From the NCBI GenBank assembly GCA_964611125.1, contig CAZSZO010000006.1:1-64000 (forward strand): a stretch of 64,000 nt of DNA, written 5' to 3'. How positions within the stretch are numbered: the stretch's first letter is position 1; each line of letters starts with the position of its first letter. The DNA is from an uncultured Phycisphaeraceae bacterium. GTDB lineage: Bacteria; Planctomycetota; Phycisphaerae; Phycisphaerales; UBA1924. Of this stretch, positions 56,508 to 64,000 are shown in pieces. The position numbers and the translations under genes were made by a program. Below the pieces are notes generated by a model. That model had not been told where the DNA came from and searched no databases. It saw only the letters and a list, made by a program, of their open reading frames with translations.

Positions 56508-57218
56508 ATGCCCACTCCATCATCATCTGAGCCTGGCCCCACTGCGGGGGCTTTTGGTCCCGGCCCCGCTGCGCGGGCAAGCGCGCCGAGCCACGATGAG
56601 CTGCTTGAGCGGGCCAGGGCGGGCGGCGCGGGGAGCGCCGACGCCCTGACGGTCGTTCTGCAGGAGCTTGGCCCGCTGGTCCGCCAGCGGATCGCCCCGA
56701 AGATCGGCGCCCAGTGGCGGGCCGTGCTGGATGAGGACGACGTGATGCAGACGACCTATTTGGAGGCCGTGCTGCGGCTGAACAAGTTCACCCATGGCGG
56801 GGCCCGGGAGTTCCTGGCGTGGCTCCACCGCCTGGCTGAGAACAACCTCATCGACGCCGTGCGCTCGCTGGAGAGCGCCAAACGCCCCGACCCGCGCCGA
56901 CGGGTGACGGTCGCGGCGGGCGCCGAGGACTCGGCCGTGGCCCTGATCGACATGCTCAGCACCAGCGGGACATCGACGCCCAGCCGGGTTTTCGGACGGG
57001 GTGAGGCGGCCGGGCTGCTGGACCTGGCGCTCAAGCGGCTGCCCCCGGACTATGAGAAGGTCGTTCGTCAGTACGACCTGGCCGGGCGCTCGGCGGGCGA
57101 AGTGGCCAAGGAACTGGGCCGCTCGGAAGGGGCGATCTACATGCTGCGGGCCCGGGCGCATGACCAGTTGCGTGAACTGTTAGGGTCGGATTCGAAGTTC
57201 TTCTCCACCGGTTCGTGA
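56508..57218 (+). CDS. ECF-type RNA polymerase sigma factor
   Basis: Sigma-70 region 2-like (DVMQTTYLEAVLRLNKF...FLAWLHRLAENNLIDAVR) and region 4-like (PPDYEKVVRQYDLAGRSAGEVAKELGRSEGAIYMLRARAHDQLRE). Confidence 0.75.
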   Translation: MPTPSSSEPGPTAGAFGPGPAARASAPSHDELLERARAGGAGSADALTVVLQELGPLVRQRIAPKIGAQWRAVLDEDDVMQTTYLEAVLRLNKFTHGGAREFLAWLHRLAENNLIDAVRSLESAKRPDPRRRVTVAAGAEDSAVALIDMLSTSGTSTPSRVFGRGEAAGLLDLALKRLPPDYEKVVRQYDLAGRSAGEVAKELGRSEGAIYMLRARAHDQLRELLGSDSKFFSTGS

Positions 57219-57296
57219 TGAAATCCCGGCGAAGACGCGTGAGCGGCCGGTCCGCGTCGCGTTGCTGATCCTGGCGACCGGTGAGGGACCGCCGCG

Positions 57297-60167
57297 GTGC
57301 GCCGCGGACCCGCGCATGTGGCCGCCGCCCGGCGCGGCGGGGATCGAGGCTCGCTCGTGACCGACACCCCACCTCCAACCCCGCCAAGCCCCCCCACCCC
57401 GCCCACGCCATCGAGTTCTCCGCCGCCCTCGGCGGGGTCCGGGTCGGACCGGGAACGGGCGTTGATCGAAGGGGCGATGCTGCAGGCGGCCCCGCGCCCA
57501 GGGTCGGGCCTGTTTCCGCTGCGGGCCCGGGAGATCGCCAAAGACGCGATCCCGGGGTATGAAATCTTGCGCGAGATCCATCGCGGCGGGCAGGGGGTGG
57601 TCTACCAGGCGATCCAGAAGTCGACGCAGCGGAAGGTGGCCATCAAGGTCGTGCACGGGGGCCCCTTCGCGGGGGAGCGTGAGCGGGCCCGGGTGGAGCG
57701 CGAGGTGCGGATCCTGGCGGGGCTGGACCATCCGTGCATCGTCAAGATCCACGATTCGGGCGTGGCCGGCGGGATCAGCGACGGTGGAGCGGCAGGGGGC
57801 GGCTCGTTCTACTACGTGATGGACTATGTCTCGGGCCAGAGCCTGGACGCGTTCATCACCAAGGAGCCCAAGCCCATCGAGGAGGTGCTGCGGCTCTTCG
57901 GGCAGATCTGCGAGGCCGTCTCGGCGGCGCACCTGAAGGGGGTGATCCACCGCGATCTCAAGCCCGGGAACATCCGCATCGACGGCTCCGGCCGGCCGCA
58001 CATTCTTGACTTCGGCCTGGCGAAGCTGTCGACGCCCGAGCAGTCGGAGCCCGGCAAGCCGCGCATCATGACGATGACCGGCCAGTTCGTCGGTTCGCTC
58101 CCGTGGGCGAGCCCGGAGCAGGCGACGGGCGCCCCGGACCGCATCGACGTGCGGACCGATGTGTACTCGCTGGGGGTGATCCTCTACCAGCTGCTCACGG
58201 GGCGATTCCCGTACCAGGTGGTCGGGCACATGCGCGAGGTGCTCGACCACATCCTCAAGACCGAGCCTGCGCGCCCCAGCACGGTCCGCAGGCAGATCAA
58301 CGACGAGGTCGAGACGATCGTCCTCAAGTGCCTGGCCAAGGAGCCCGAGCGGCGGTACCAGTCGGCCGGGGAGCTGGCCCGCGACATCCAGCATTACCTG
58401 CGTGGCGAGCCGATCCAGGCCAAGCGCGACAGCGGGTGGTACGTGATCACCAAGACCCTCCGGCGTCATCGCGCCGCGGTGGCGGTCGGAGCGGGGTTCC
58501 TGGTCCTAGTGACGGTCTTCGGCCTTGCGATGGGCGTGATGTGGCTGCGCGAGCGGGCCCTCAAGGGCGAGGTGCAGCGCCAGCTCGATGCGGTGACCGC
58601 CGAGCGCGAGGCCAAGGAGGCCGCCCGGGCCAGGGCACAGGCGAATTTCGAATCGGTCCGCGAGCTGGCCCACGTGTTCATGTACGACTTCGCCGACGGC
58701 ATCGAGGACCTGCGCGGGGCCACGCGGGTGCGAGAGAAGCTGCTCACCACCGCCAAGGGCGCGCTGGTGAAGCTGATGGCCGCCGAGCCCAGCGCCGAGC
58801 TCGACCGCGAGTTGGCCGATGCGTACGACCGCGTCGGCGACATCGAGGCCGGGCTGTACCTGCCGCGCGTCGGCGCCACCGCCACGGGGGCGGAGCACTA
58901 CGCCAAGGCCCGGGCGATCCGCGAGCGGCTGCTGGGCGGTGAGCCCCAGAGCCCGCAGGCCCACGCCGACCTGGGCGAGAGCCTCCGGCGCTCGGCGAAG
59001 GTGCTGCAGCGCGGCCGGAAGTTCGGTGAGGCCCGCCAGGAATTCGCGCGGGCCATCGGCGAATACGACAGCGCCATCGCGCTGGCCGGCGGAGCAGGAG
59101 GTGGGGGTGGTGGGGGGGGTGGGGGCGATGCCGCGCGGCGAGCAGCCCTGCGGGAGCGCCGGTCAGCGATCGTGCGCGAGACGGCCAACCTGCTGGTCAC
59201 CAGCAGCGCCGAGGGCGGCCGGTCGCTGGCGGAGGTGGGCCAGCTCATCGGTGAAGCCCTGGCCCGGTACGCCGAGGTCGAGGTGCTGTGGCGCGAGCGG
59301 CTGCATGCTGACCCCGCCGACCGCAAGGCCCGCGAGGGTCTCGGGGTCGTCACCGATCAGCGGGCCCGGGCCCTGATCGCGCACGCGCGGGCCTTCAGCG
59401 ATGCGTCGCGCAAGGCCGCGGGGAACGCGGCAGGCGCGGACCCCGAAGCCCTCCGCCTGCACCGCGAGGGGCTCGCCCGGCTGGGTGAGGCCCGCGAGGC
59501 CACCCGGCAGAGCGAGGCGGAGTTCCGGAAGCTCTCAACATCGCACCCGCAAGACGGCGCGGCCCGGCGCGATCTGCTGATCGCGCTCTACAACGTGGGC
59601 GACACCTGGATGCGGGAAGGAGAAGCCCTCGATCGCGCCCGCGAGGGGCGGCTGGTTGACGCCGTGGAGGCGGAGGGCGCGGCCAGGTTGGCCAAAGTGA
59701 CGGCGCGGGGTCTGTTCGAGGAGTCGCTGGCCATCGCGCGCGAGCTGGTGCGGGCTGACGAGGGCAATCTGGAGTGTCGGCGCGACGCGGCGCTGGTGCT
59801 CAACAAGCTGGGCAACGTGCTGCGGGACCTTGGCGAGGTCGACGGCGCGGGCGCCGTGTTCCAGGAGTCGCTCGAACTGCGCGAGGACCTGTGGCGGACC
59901 GACCCGATGCAGCAGCACCGCTTCGACCTGGCGGTGGGGCTCTACAAGCGGGCGGAAACTGAGCGCCTGCGCGCCAAGGGCGAGGGCCTCGAACCCGCCG
60001 AGCGGACTCGCCGGCTCGAGGCGGCCAGGGGGTGGTACGCCCGCTGTCTGGATGCCTATGGAGCCCTGAAGGAAGCGGGTGTCGAGGTCCGCGATCGCGA
60101 CATTGCGCGGGTCCGGTCGGAGCTGGAGGAGTGCGAGGCGGCGCTCCGGACGGGCGGCGGGCGGTAG
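57297..60167 (+). CDS. Serine/threonine protein kinase with a TM segment and a C-terminal TPR-like helical repeat domain; the gene partner of the upstream ECF sigma factor
   Basis: Kinase motifs HRGGQGVVYQA, AIKVV, HRDLKPGNIRI, DFGLAKL, SPEQA and DVYSLGVIL. The TM segment is AAVAVGAGFLVLVTVFGLAMGVMWL. The C-terminal repeats resemble TPR. The start is either 57297 or 57477 (MLQAAPRP). Confidence 0.75.
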   Translation: MRRGPAHVAAARRGGDRGSLVTDTPPPTPPSPPTPPTPSSSPPPSAGSGSDRERALIEGAMLQAAPRPGSGLFPLRAREIAKDAIPGYEILREIHRGGQGVVYQAIQKSTQRKVAIKVVHGGPFAGERERARVEREVRILAGLDHPCIVKIHDSGVAGGISDGGAAGGGSFYYVMDYVSGQSLDAFITKEPKPIEEVLRLFGQICEAVSAAHLKGVIHRDLKPGNIRIDGSGRPHILDFGLAKLSTPEQSEPGKPRIMTMTGQFVGSLPWASPEQATGAPDRIDVRTDVYSLGVILYQLLTGRFPYQVVGHMREVLDHILKTEPARPSTVRRQINDEVETIVLKCLAKEPERRYQSAGELARDIQHYLRGEPIQAKRDSGWYVITKTLRRHRAAVAVGAGFLVLVTVFGLAMGVMWLRERALKGEVQRQLDAVTAEREAKEAARARAQANFESVRELAHVFMYDFADGIEDLRGATRVREKLLTTAKGALVKLMAAEPSAELDRELADAYDRVGDIEAGLYLPRVGATATGAEHYAKARAIRERLLGGEPQSPQAHADLGESLRRSAKVLQRGRKFGEARQEFARAIGEYDSAIALAGGAGGGGGGGGGGDAARRAALRERRSAIVRETANLLVTSSAEGGRSLAEVGQLIGEALARYAEVEVLWRERLHADPADRKAREGLGVVTDQRARALIAHARAFSDASRKAAGNAAGADPEALRLHREGLARLGEAREATRQSEAEFRKLSTSHPQDGAARRDLLIALYNVGDTWMREGEALDRAREGRLVDAVEAEGAARLAKVTARGLFEESLAIARELVRADEGNLECRRDAALVLNKLGNVLRDLGEVDGAGAVFQESLELREDLWRTDPMQQHRFDLAVGLYKRAETERLRAKGEGLEPAERTRRLEAARGWYARCLDAYGALKEAGVEVRDRDIARVRSELEECEAALRTGGGR

Positions 60168-60429
60168 CGTCGGTCTCGCTGGGGCCAGCTGTGAAGCTGG
60201 GCAAGCCTGATGGAGCGATCTGACGCCGCGTCTGCGATTTTGGCGGCGAACCGGCATTCAGCGTGAGTGGCGACCGTCCCAGTCGTTGAGAAGGACGGAT
60301 GAAGCCATGCCGATTGAAGCGGTCGCCGCGCCGGTTGTGGGGTAGGCTTATCGGTGAGAGCCGAAGCCCGGCGTCGCCGCGCTTCAGGATCGGAGAGATT
60401 CACAAGACCCACCAGGCGGGAGAGCGAGC

Positions 60430-62934
60430 ATGAGGGTCCCCTCAAAGGTTGGTACTGCGCGATGGCTGGCGTTGGCGGCGGGCGGCTGCTGCGTGTGCGG
60501 CTCGGCGCTGGGCCAGACCAACGTCAACTGGCAGGCCCCGGTGACCGGCCCGTGGGGCCAGGCGTCGAACTGGAGCCCGGCCCAGGTGCCCAACAACTCG
60601 GGTTCGAGCCTGTTCAACGCCGCGATCCAGGTGACCGGCGCCCCGTATGAAGTGACGCTCGACAGCAACTTCACCGTCTCGGGCCTCACCCTCGGTCCCG
60701 CCACGCCCTCGAGCGATCCAACGCTGAACCTGAACGCGCGGGCCCTCACCGTCCGCGCGGCGTACACGCAGACCGGCGCCCGCCTGCTGGGCGTTGGGGC
60801 CCGCGATCAGAACACCATCACGATCGCCGGAGCAACGACCCTGAGCGGCGCGGTGCTGGAGCACACCCGCATCACCACCCGCGGCAACCTGCAGCTGCTG
60901 GGTTCCGATAACGACATCTGCGACACCGATATGGACCATCGCGGGAGCGCCGCGAGCTGGAGCGGGACCGGGAACATCCTGATCGATGGCGCGGGGCGTT
61001 TCACCAACGGCTTCGCATCCACCTTCACGATCCTCAACAGCCAGAACATCACCACCGACGCGACCGGCCGGTTTGTCAACAACGGGCGTCTGGTGAAGCA
61101 GACAGGGGCCGGGACGACGTTCATCAACCTGACCGGCGGCGCGTTCACCAACGCCGGGACCGTCGAGGTTCAGTCCGGCATCCTGCGCGTGGCGGGGATC
61201 GATTCTGCGACCTTCAGCGGAGGGGTGCTGAACACCGGCGTTTGGCGCGTGCTGAGCGGGCGGACGCTTCAGCTCGACGGCGCCGCGATCACCACCAGCA
61301 ACGCCGATGTCACTCTCTCCGGCGCCGGGGCCACGTTCACGGCGATCGACGGGCTGACCACGATCGGCGCGACGGGCAAGTTCACCGTGCAGAACGGCCG
61401 GAACTTCACCACCGCCGGGGCCTTCACCAATAACGGCCAGCTCACCCTGGGCGCGGGGACCAACTTCACCGTGAACGGCGGGCTGTCGAACTTCGCCGGC
61501 GGCACGCTGACGGGCGGCGTCTACAGCGTGAACGCCGGGAGCGTGCTGACCTTCAACGGCGCCGCGATCGCCACGCTGAACGCCAAGCTCACCCTCGACG
61601 GCGCCGGTTCGCAGGTGCGCAGCGAGACCGCCGCCGACGCCCTGTCGGGCTTGAACCGCGTGCAGTCGGCCGGCGACTTCACCGTGAGCGGCGGAAGGAG
61701 CTTCACCGCCGCGTCGTTCACCGTCGACGCCGGGGGCAAGGTCGCGGCGGGCGCGGGCTCCACGATCAGCCTCGGCGCTCTTTCGAATTTCGCTGGCGGA
61801 ACCCTCACCGGCGGGTCATTTTCGGCCAGAGGCGGGCAGATCCGTTTCAATGGCGCCGGCGGCGATGTCACGACCCTCGACGCCGATGTCGCCCTTGACG
61901 GCGCCGCGGCCCGCCTGGCGGATCAGACCGGCGCGAGCCACCTCAGCGCCCTGGCGACGATCGCCGCGGGCCGCACGCTCGCCATCACCGGCGGGCAGCA
62001 GTTCGCCACCTCGGCCACGCTTGCGTTGACGGGCGATGCGGCCCTGACAGTCGGCGCCGCGAGTCGCGTGGATGCCGCGGGGCTCGCGTTTGGCTCAACG
62101 GCCCGCGTCACGGTGGCGGGGACGGTGCAGTTCCCCGGCGCCGCGTTCACGAGCGTGCCGGCCGGGCTCATTCTCCAGCCGGGCGGGCGTGTGCTGAACG
62201 GCACGACCAACGCCTTCGACGCTCTCAACACCATCCAGGGCAACGCCCAATACTCCCTCGGGGCGGGGCAATCGCAGACCCTCCTGGGCAACCTGACCAC
62301 CCAGGCCTCGGGCAACCTGACCATCGGCGAGCGCGGGAGCACGAGCGTCGCGACGCTGAACATCCCCGGGAACTACACCCAGAACGGCTCGACGCAGCTC
62401 AATAACGGCGTCTTGAACATCACCGGGGCGTACCAGCTCAACGGCGCCACCACCGGCAGCGGCTCGATCAACGCCGGGTCGGTTGTCATCGGGCCCGGCG
62501 GGGTCCTCGGGCCGGGCAACTCGCCCGGGCGCGTCGACATCACCGGCGATGCGTCGGTGCTCGAGGGCAGCTCGTTCCAGCTCGAGATCGGCGGGCCTGA
62601 TTCCGTCAACGGGCGCGGCGTGGTCAGCGACTTCCTCGATTTCCGCGGCGGGCTCGTGTTCGGTGAGCAGGCCGGCGGCTTCGCAGCAGGGACGCTTCAG
62701 TATTCGTTCATCAACGCGTTCGAGCCGGAGATCGGCGATCGATTCGTGCTCGTGCACGTCGAGGGCTTGCTCGTCGGGACCTTCGCCCTGGTCGCCCCGC
62801 TGAACACCGGCATCCAGGCCTCCGCCGCGTGGGAAGGGCAGGACCTGGTCCTGACCGTCACGGCGCTGCCGACGCCCGGCGCCGCGGGGCTGCTGGCGAT
62901 GGCCGGGCTCGCGGCGGCCCGCCGACGCCGGTGA
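60430..62934 (+). CDS. Secreted beta-helical repeat protein (autotransporter-associated beta-strand-repeat type) with a PEP-CTERM-like C-terminus
   Basis: Signal peptide MRVPSKVGTARWLALAAGGCCVCGSALGQ, then NWQAPVTGPWGQASNWS and a long array of G/T/N-rich repeats of about 25-30 aa (NFAGGTLTGGVYSVNAGSVLTFNGAAI...). The C-terminus is ALPTPGAAGLLAMAGLAAARRRR-stop. Confidence 0.65.
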   Translation: MRVPSKVGTARWLALAAGGCCVCGSALGQTNVNWQAPVTGPWGQASNWSPAQVPNNSGSSLFNAAIQVTGAPYEVTLDSNFTVSGLTLGPATPSSDPTLNLNARALTVRAAYTQTGARLLGVGARDQNTITIAGATTLSGAVLEHTRITTRGNLQLLGSDNDICDTDMDHRGSAASWSGTGNILIDGAGRFTNGFASTFTILNSQNITTDATGRFVNNGRLVKQTGAGTTFINLTGGAFTNAGTVEVQSGILRVAGIDSATFSGGVLNTGVWRVLSGRTLQLDGAAITTSNADVTLSGAGATFTAIDGLTTIGATGKFTVQNGRNFTTAGAFTNNGQLTLGAGTNFTVNGGLSNFAGGTLTGGVYSVNAGSVLTFNGAAIATLNAKLTLDGAGSQVRSETAADALSGLNRVQSAGDFTVSGGRSFTAASFTVDAGGKVAAGAGSTISLGALSNFAGGTLTGGSFSARGGQIRFNGAGGDVTTLDADVALDGAAARLADQTGASHLSALATIAAGRTLAITGGQQFATSATLALTGDAALTVGAASRVDAAGLAFGSTARVTVAGTVQFPGAAFTSVPAGLILQPGGRVLNGTTNAFDALNTIQGNAQYSLGAGQSQTLLGNLTTQASGNLTIGERGSTSVATLNIPGNYTQNGSTQLNNGVLNITGAYQLNGATTGSGSINAGSVVIGPGGVLGPGNSPGRVDITGDASVLEGSSFQLEIGGPDSVNGRGVVSDFLDFRGGLVFGEQAGGFAAGTLQYSFINAFEPEIGDRFVLVHVEGLLVGTFALVAPLNTGIQASAAWEGQDLVLTVTALPTPGAAGLLAMAGLAAARRRR

Positions 62935-62967
62935 GTTTCCCGCTGGCCGCCGGTGTCCGGCTACTGG

Positions 62968-64000
62968 CTACTGGTGCTGAACCTCGCGCGGGCGGAACGG
63001 GAAGCCTTTGGCCCGCATCCGCTCGGCGTGTTCGTCCCCTCGGGCCCGCCATCGGGCGGCCTGCTCGACCCGGTCGGGGTCCGGCTGGACCCGGTCCCAG
63101 TCCACGTAAAGTTGCTCCAGCCGGCGCGCGGCGTGATAGGGGTAGTCGCGATCCTTCGTGTTGGAGTGACCGCACAGGGCTTCATAGGACTCGAGCAGCA
63201 TCCGCTCGGCCTCGCTGAACAGCCCGCGCTTGCCCAGGGCCTCACCCAGCATGTTGCGGGCGTGGGGCCGGGTCCAGCTTGAGTCGGGGTTGACCGATGG
63301 CGGCAGATCGAGCACGCGGCGCGTGAGCCGCTCGACTTCGTCGCCGTCGCCCCGGAGCTGCGCATACGGGGCCACGTTCAACAGCACCGCCGACAGCGTG
63401 GAGTCCGGCGCCAGGCCGCGCGGCGGGTCGTAGATCGACAGGCACTCGCGGAAGACCCGCTCGGCGCTGGCGTCGTCACCGGCTTTCTGCAGCGCGACGC
63501 CCCGCCGGTTGAGGGCCCCGACCACCGGCCCGCTGACGGCGCCGAACGTCTGGGTCGAGAGCTCCACCACGCGGGCCCAGCGGGCTTCAGCGGTGGGGAA
63601 GTCCCGGCGCGACTCGGCCAGCCAGGCGAGCATGTACTGGTTGTTAATCGAGGCCGGGCTCGCCGGGCCGATGGTCTCGCTGGTGATCGCCAGCGACTCG
63701 GAGTAGCAGCGTTCCGCGTCGTCATAGCGCCGCTGCATGTGGTACTGGGCCCCAAGCTGGGAGAGCGTCCGCGTGGTTTCGGGGTGCTTGGGGCCATAGG
63801 CGGCCTGGAAGCCCTCGAGGGCCTCAATCATGAGCGTGGCGCTGCCCTCGGGGTCGTGGGTGTTGATGGCTGTGTAGGACCGCAGCTCCGCCGCGTCCTT
63901 GGAGTGCGGACCGAAGAGCCGGTCGGCCAGGGCGATGGCCTCGCTGAGGGTGGCCCGCGCCTCATCGAGGCGCCCGTTCGCGGCCTGGATCCCCCCGAGC
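62968..64000 (-). CDS. TPR-repeat protein, C-terminal part; the gene runs past the window end and may be the tail of another Ser/Thr kinase
   Basis: The frame is open to the 3' edge of the window. TPR-like repeats are present (RYDDAERCYSESLAITSETIGPASPASINNQYMLAWL...). The ORF-track start at 63831 is an internal Met. Confidence 0.5.
   Translation of the reverse strand, partial: LGGIQAANGRLDEARATLSEAIALADRLFGPHSKDAAELRSYTAINTHDPEGSATLMIEALEGFQAAYGPKHPETTRTLSQLGAQYHMQRRYDDAERCYSESLAITSETIGPASPASINNQYMLAWLAESRRDFPTAEARWARVVELSTQTFGAVSGPVVGALNRRGVALQKAGDDASAERVFRECLSIYDPPRGLAPDSTLSAVLLNVAPYAQLRGDGDEVERLTRRVLDLPPSVNPDSSWTRPHARNMLGEALGKRGLFSEAERMLLESYEALCGHSNTKDRDYPYHAARRLEQLYVDWDRVQPDPDRVEQAARWRARGDEHAERMRAKGFPFRPREVQHQ

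Noticed and set aside
1-64000. CRISPR arrays, IS elements, transposases, integrases and rRNA genes
   Set aside because: No regularly spaced direct repeats, transposase- or integrase-like ORFs or rRNA signatures were seen on either strand.

Overview
This is a ~64 kb window of high-GC (about 70%) bacterial chromosomal DNA with about 40 densely packed genes on both strands. All calls are from reading the six-frame ORF track and the sequence by eye; no database search was run. Where I re-derived a start codon, its position may be off by 1 nt. The lineage is probably Planctomycetota (inference only). The evidence is a planctomycete-type CxxCH heme domain, ECF-sigma/Ser-Thr-kinase pairs with WD40 or TPR tails, PEP-CTERM-like tails and dockerin-like modules.

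Recognisable housekeeping and transport genes: an MFS transporter, two tandem secreted amidohydrolases, MqnA (futalosine pathway), a GT9 heptosyltransferase, an SPFH/band-7 protein, pyrB, gmk, a cysteine desulfurase, a DAACS symporter, phnCDE, transketolase and dnaN. There is a peptide-scavenging cluster: an S9A prolyl oligopeptidase divergent from two tandem OPT transporters, with an M16 peptidase nearby. Also present are a PgeF-GNAT fusion, two Ser/Thr kinases (one with an ECF sigma factor) and two PEP-CTERM-like proteins.

The main finding is an accessory-like stretch (15-53 kb) in which seven minus-strand secreted proteins share one extreme C-terminal module of about 55 aa. The proteins are two tandem metzincin proteases with PKD-like repeats, a lamin-tail-domain/P-domain protein, a 635-aa secreted protein, a beta-lactamase-family serine hydrolase, a frameshifted ELWxxDGT-repeat protein and an alpha/beta hydrolase. 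The module is two dockerin/EF-hand-like repeats, C-x-A-D-F-N-x-D-G-x-V-D-P-D-D-L-S-D-Y-I-x-C-Y-F ... P-P-C-P-Q-A-D-F-N-x-D-G-x-x-D-P-D-D-L-S-D-F-I-x-A-Y-F-x-G-C-stop, with four conserved cysteines. This looks like a shared, possibly disulfide-stabilised, calcium-binding anchoring or sorting tag for a secretome, with no cognate cohesin-like partner in the window.

Other points of note: a tRNA-Asn(GUU)-like element with a non-canonical acceptor stem next to a low-GC patch; 9-bp tandem repeats upstream of a thioredoxin/heme-c/EF-hand gene; a histone-H1-like/SnoaL fusion beside dnaN; a thioredoxin-fold protein with SxxS instead of CxxC; and many long antisense shadow ORFs caused by GC bias.
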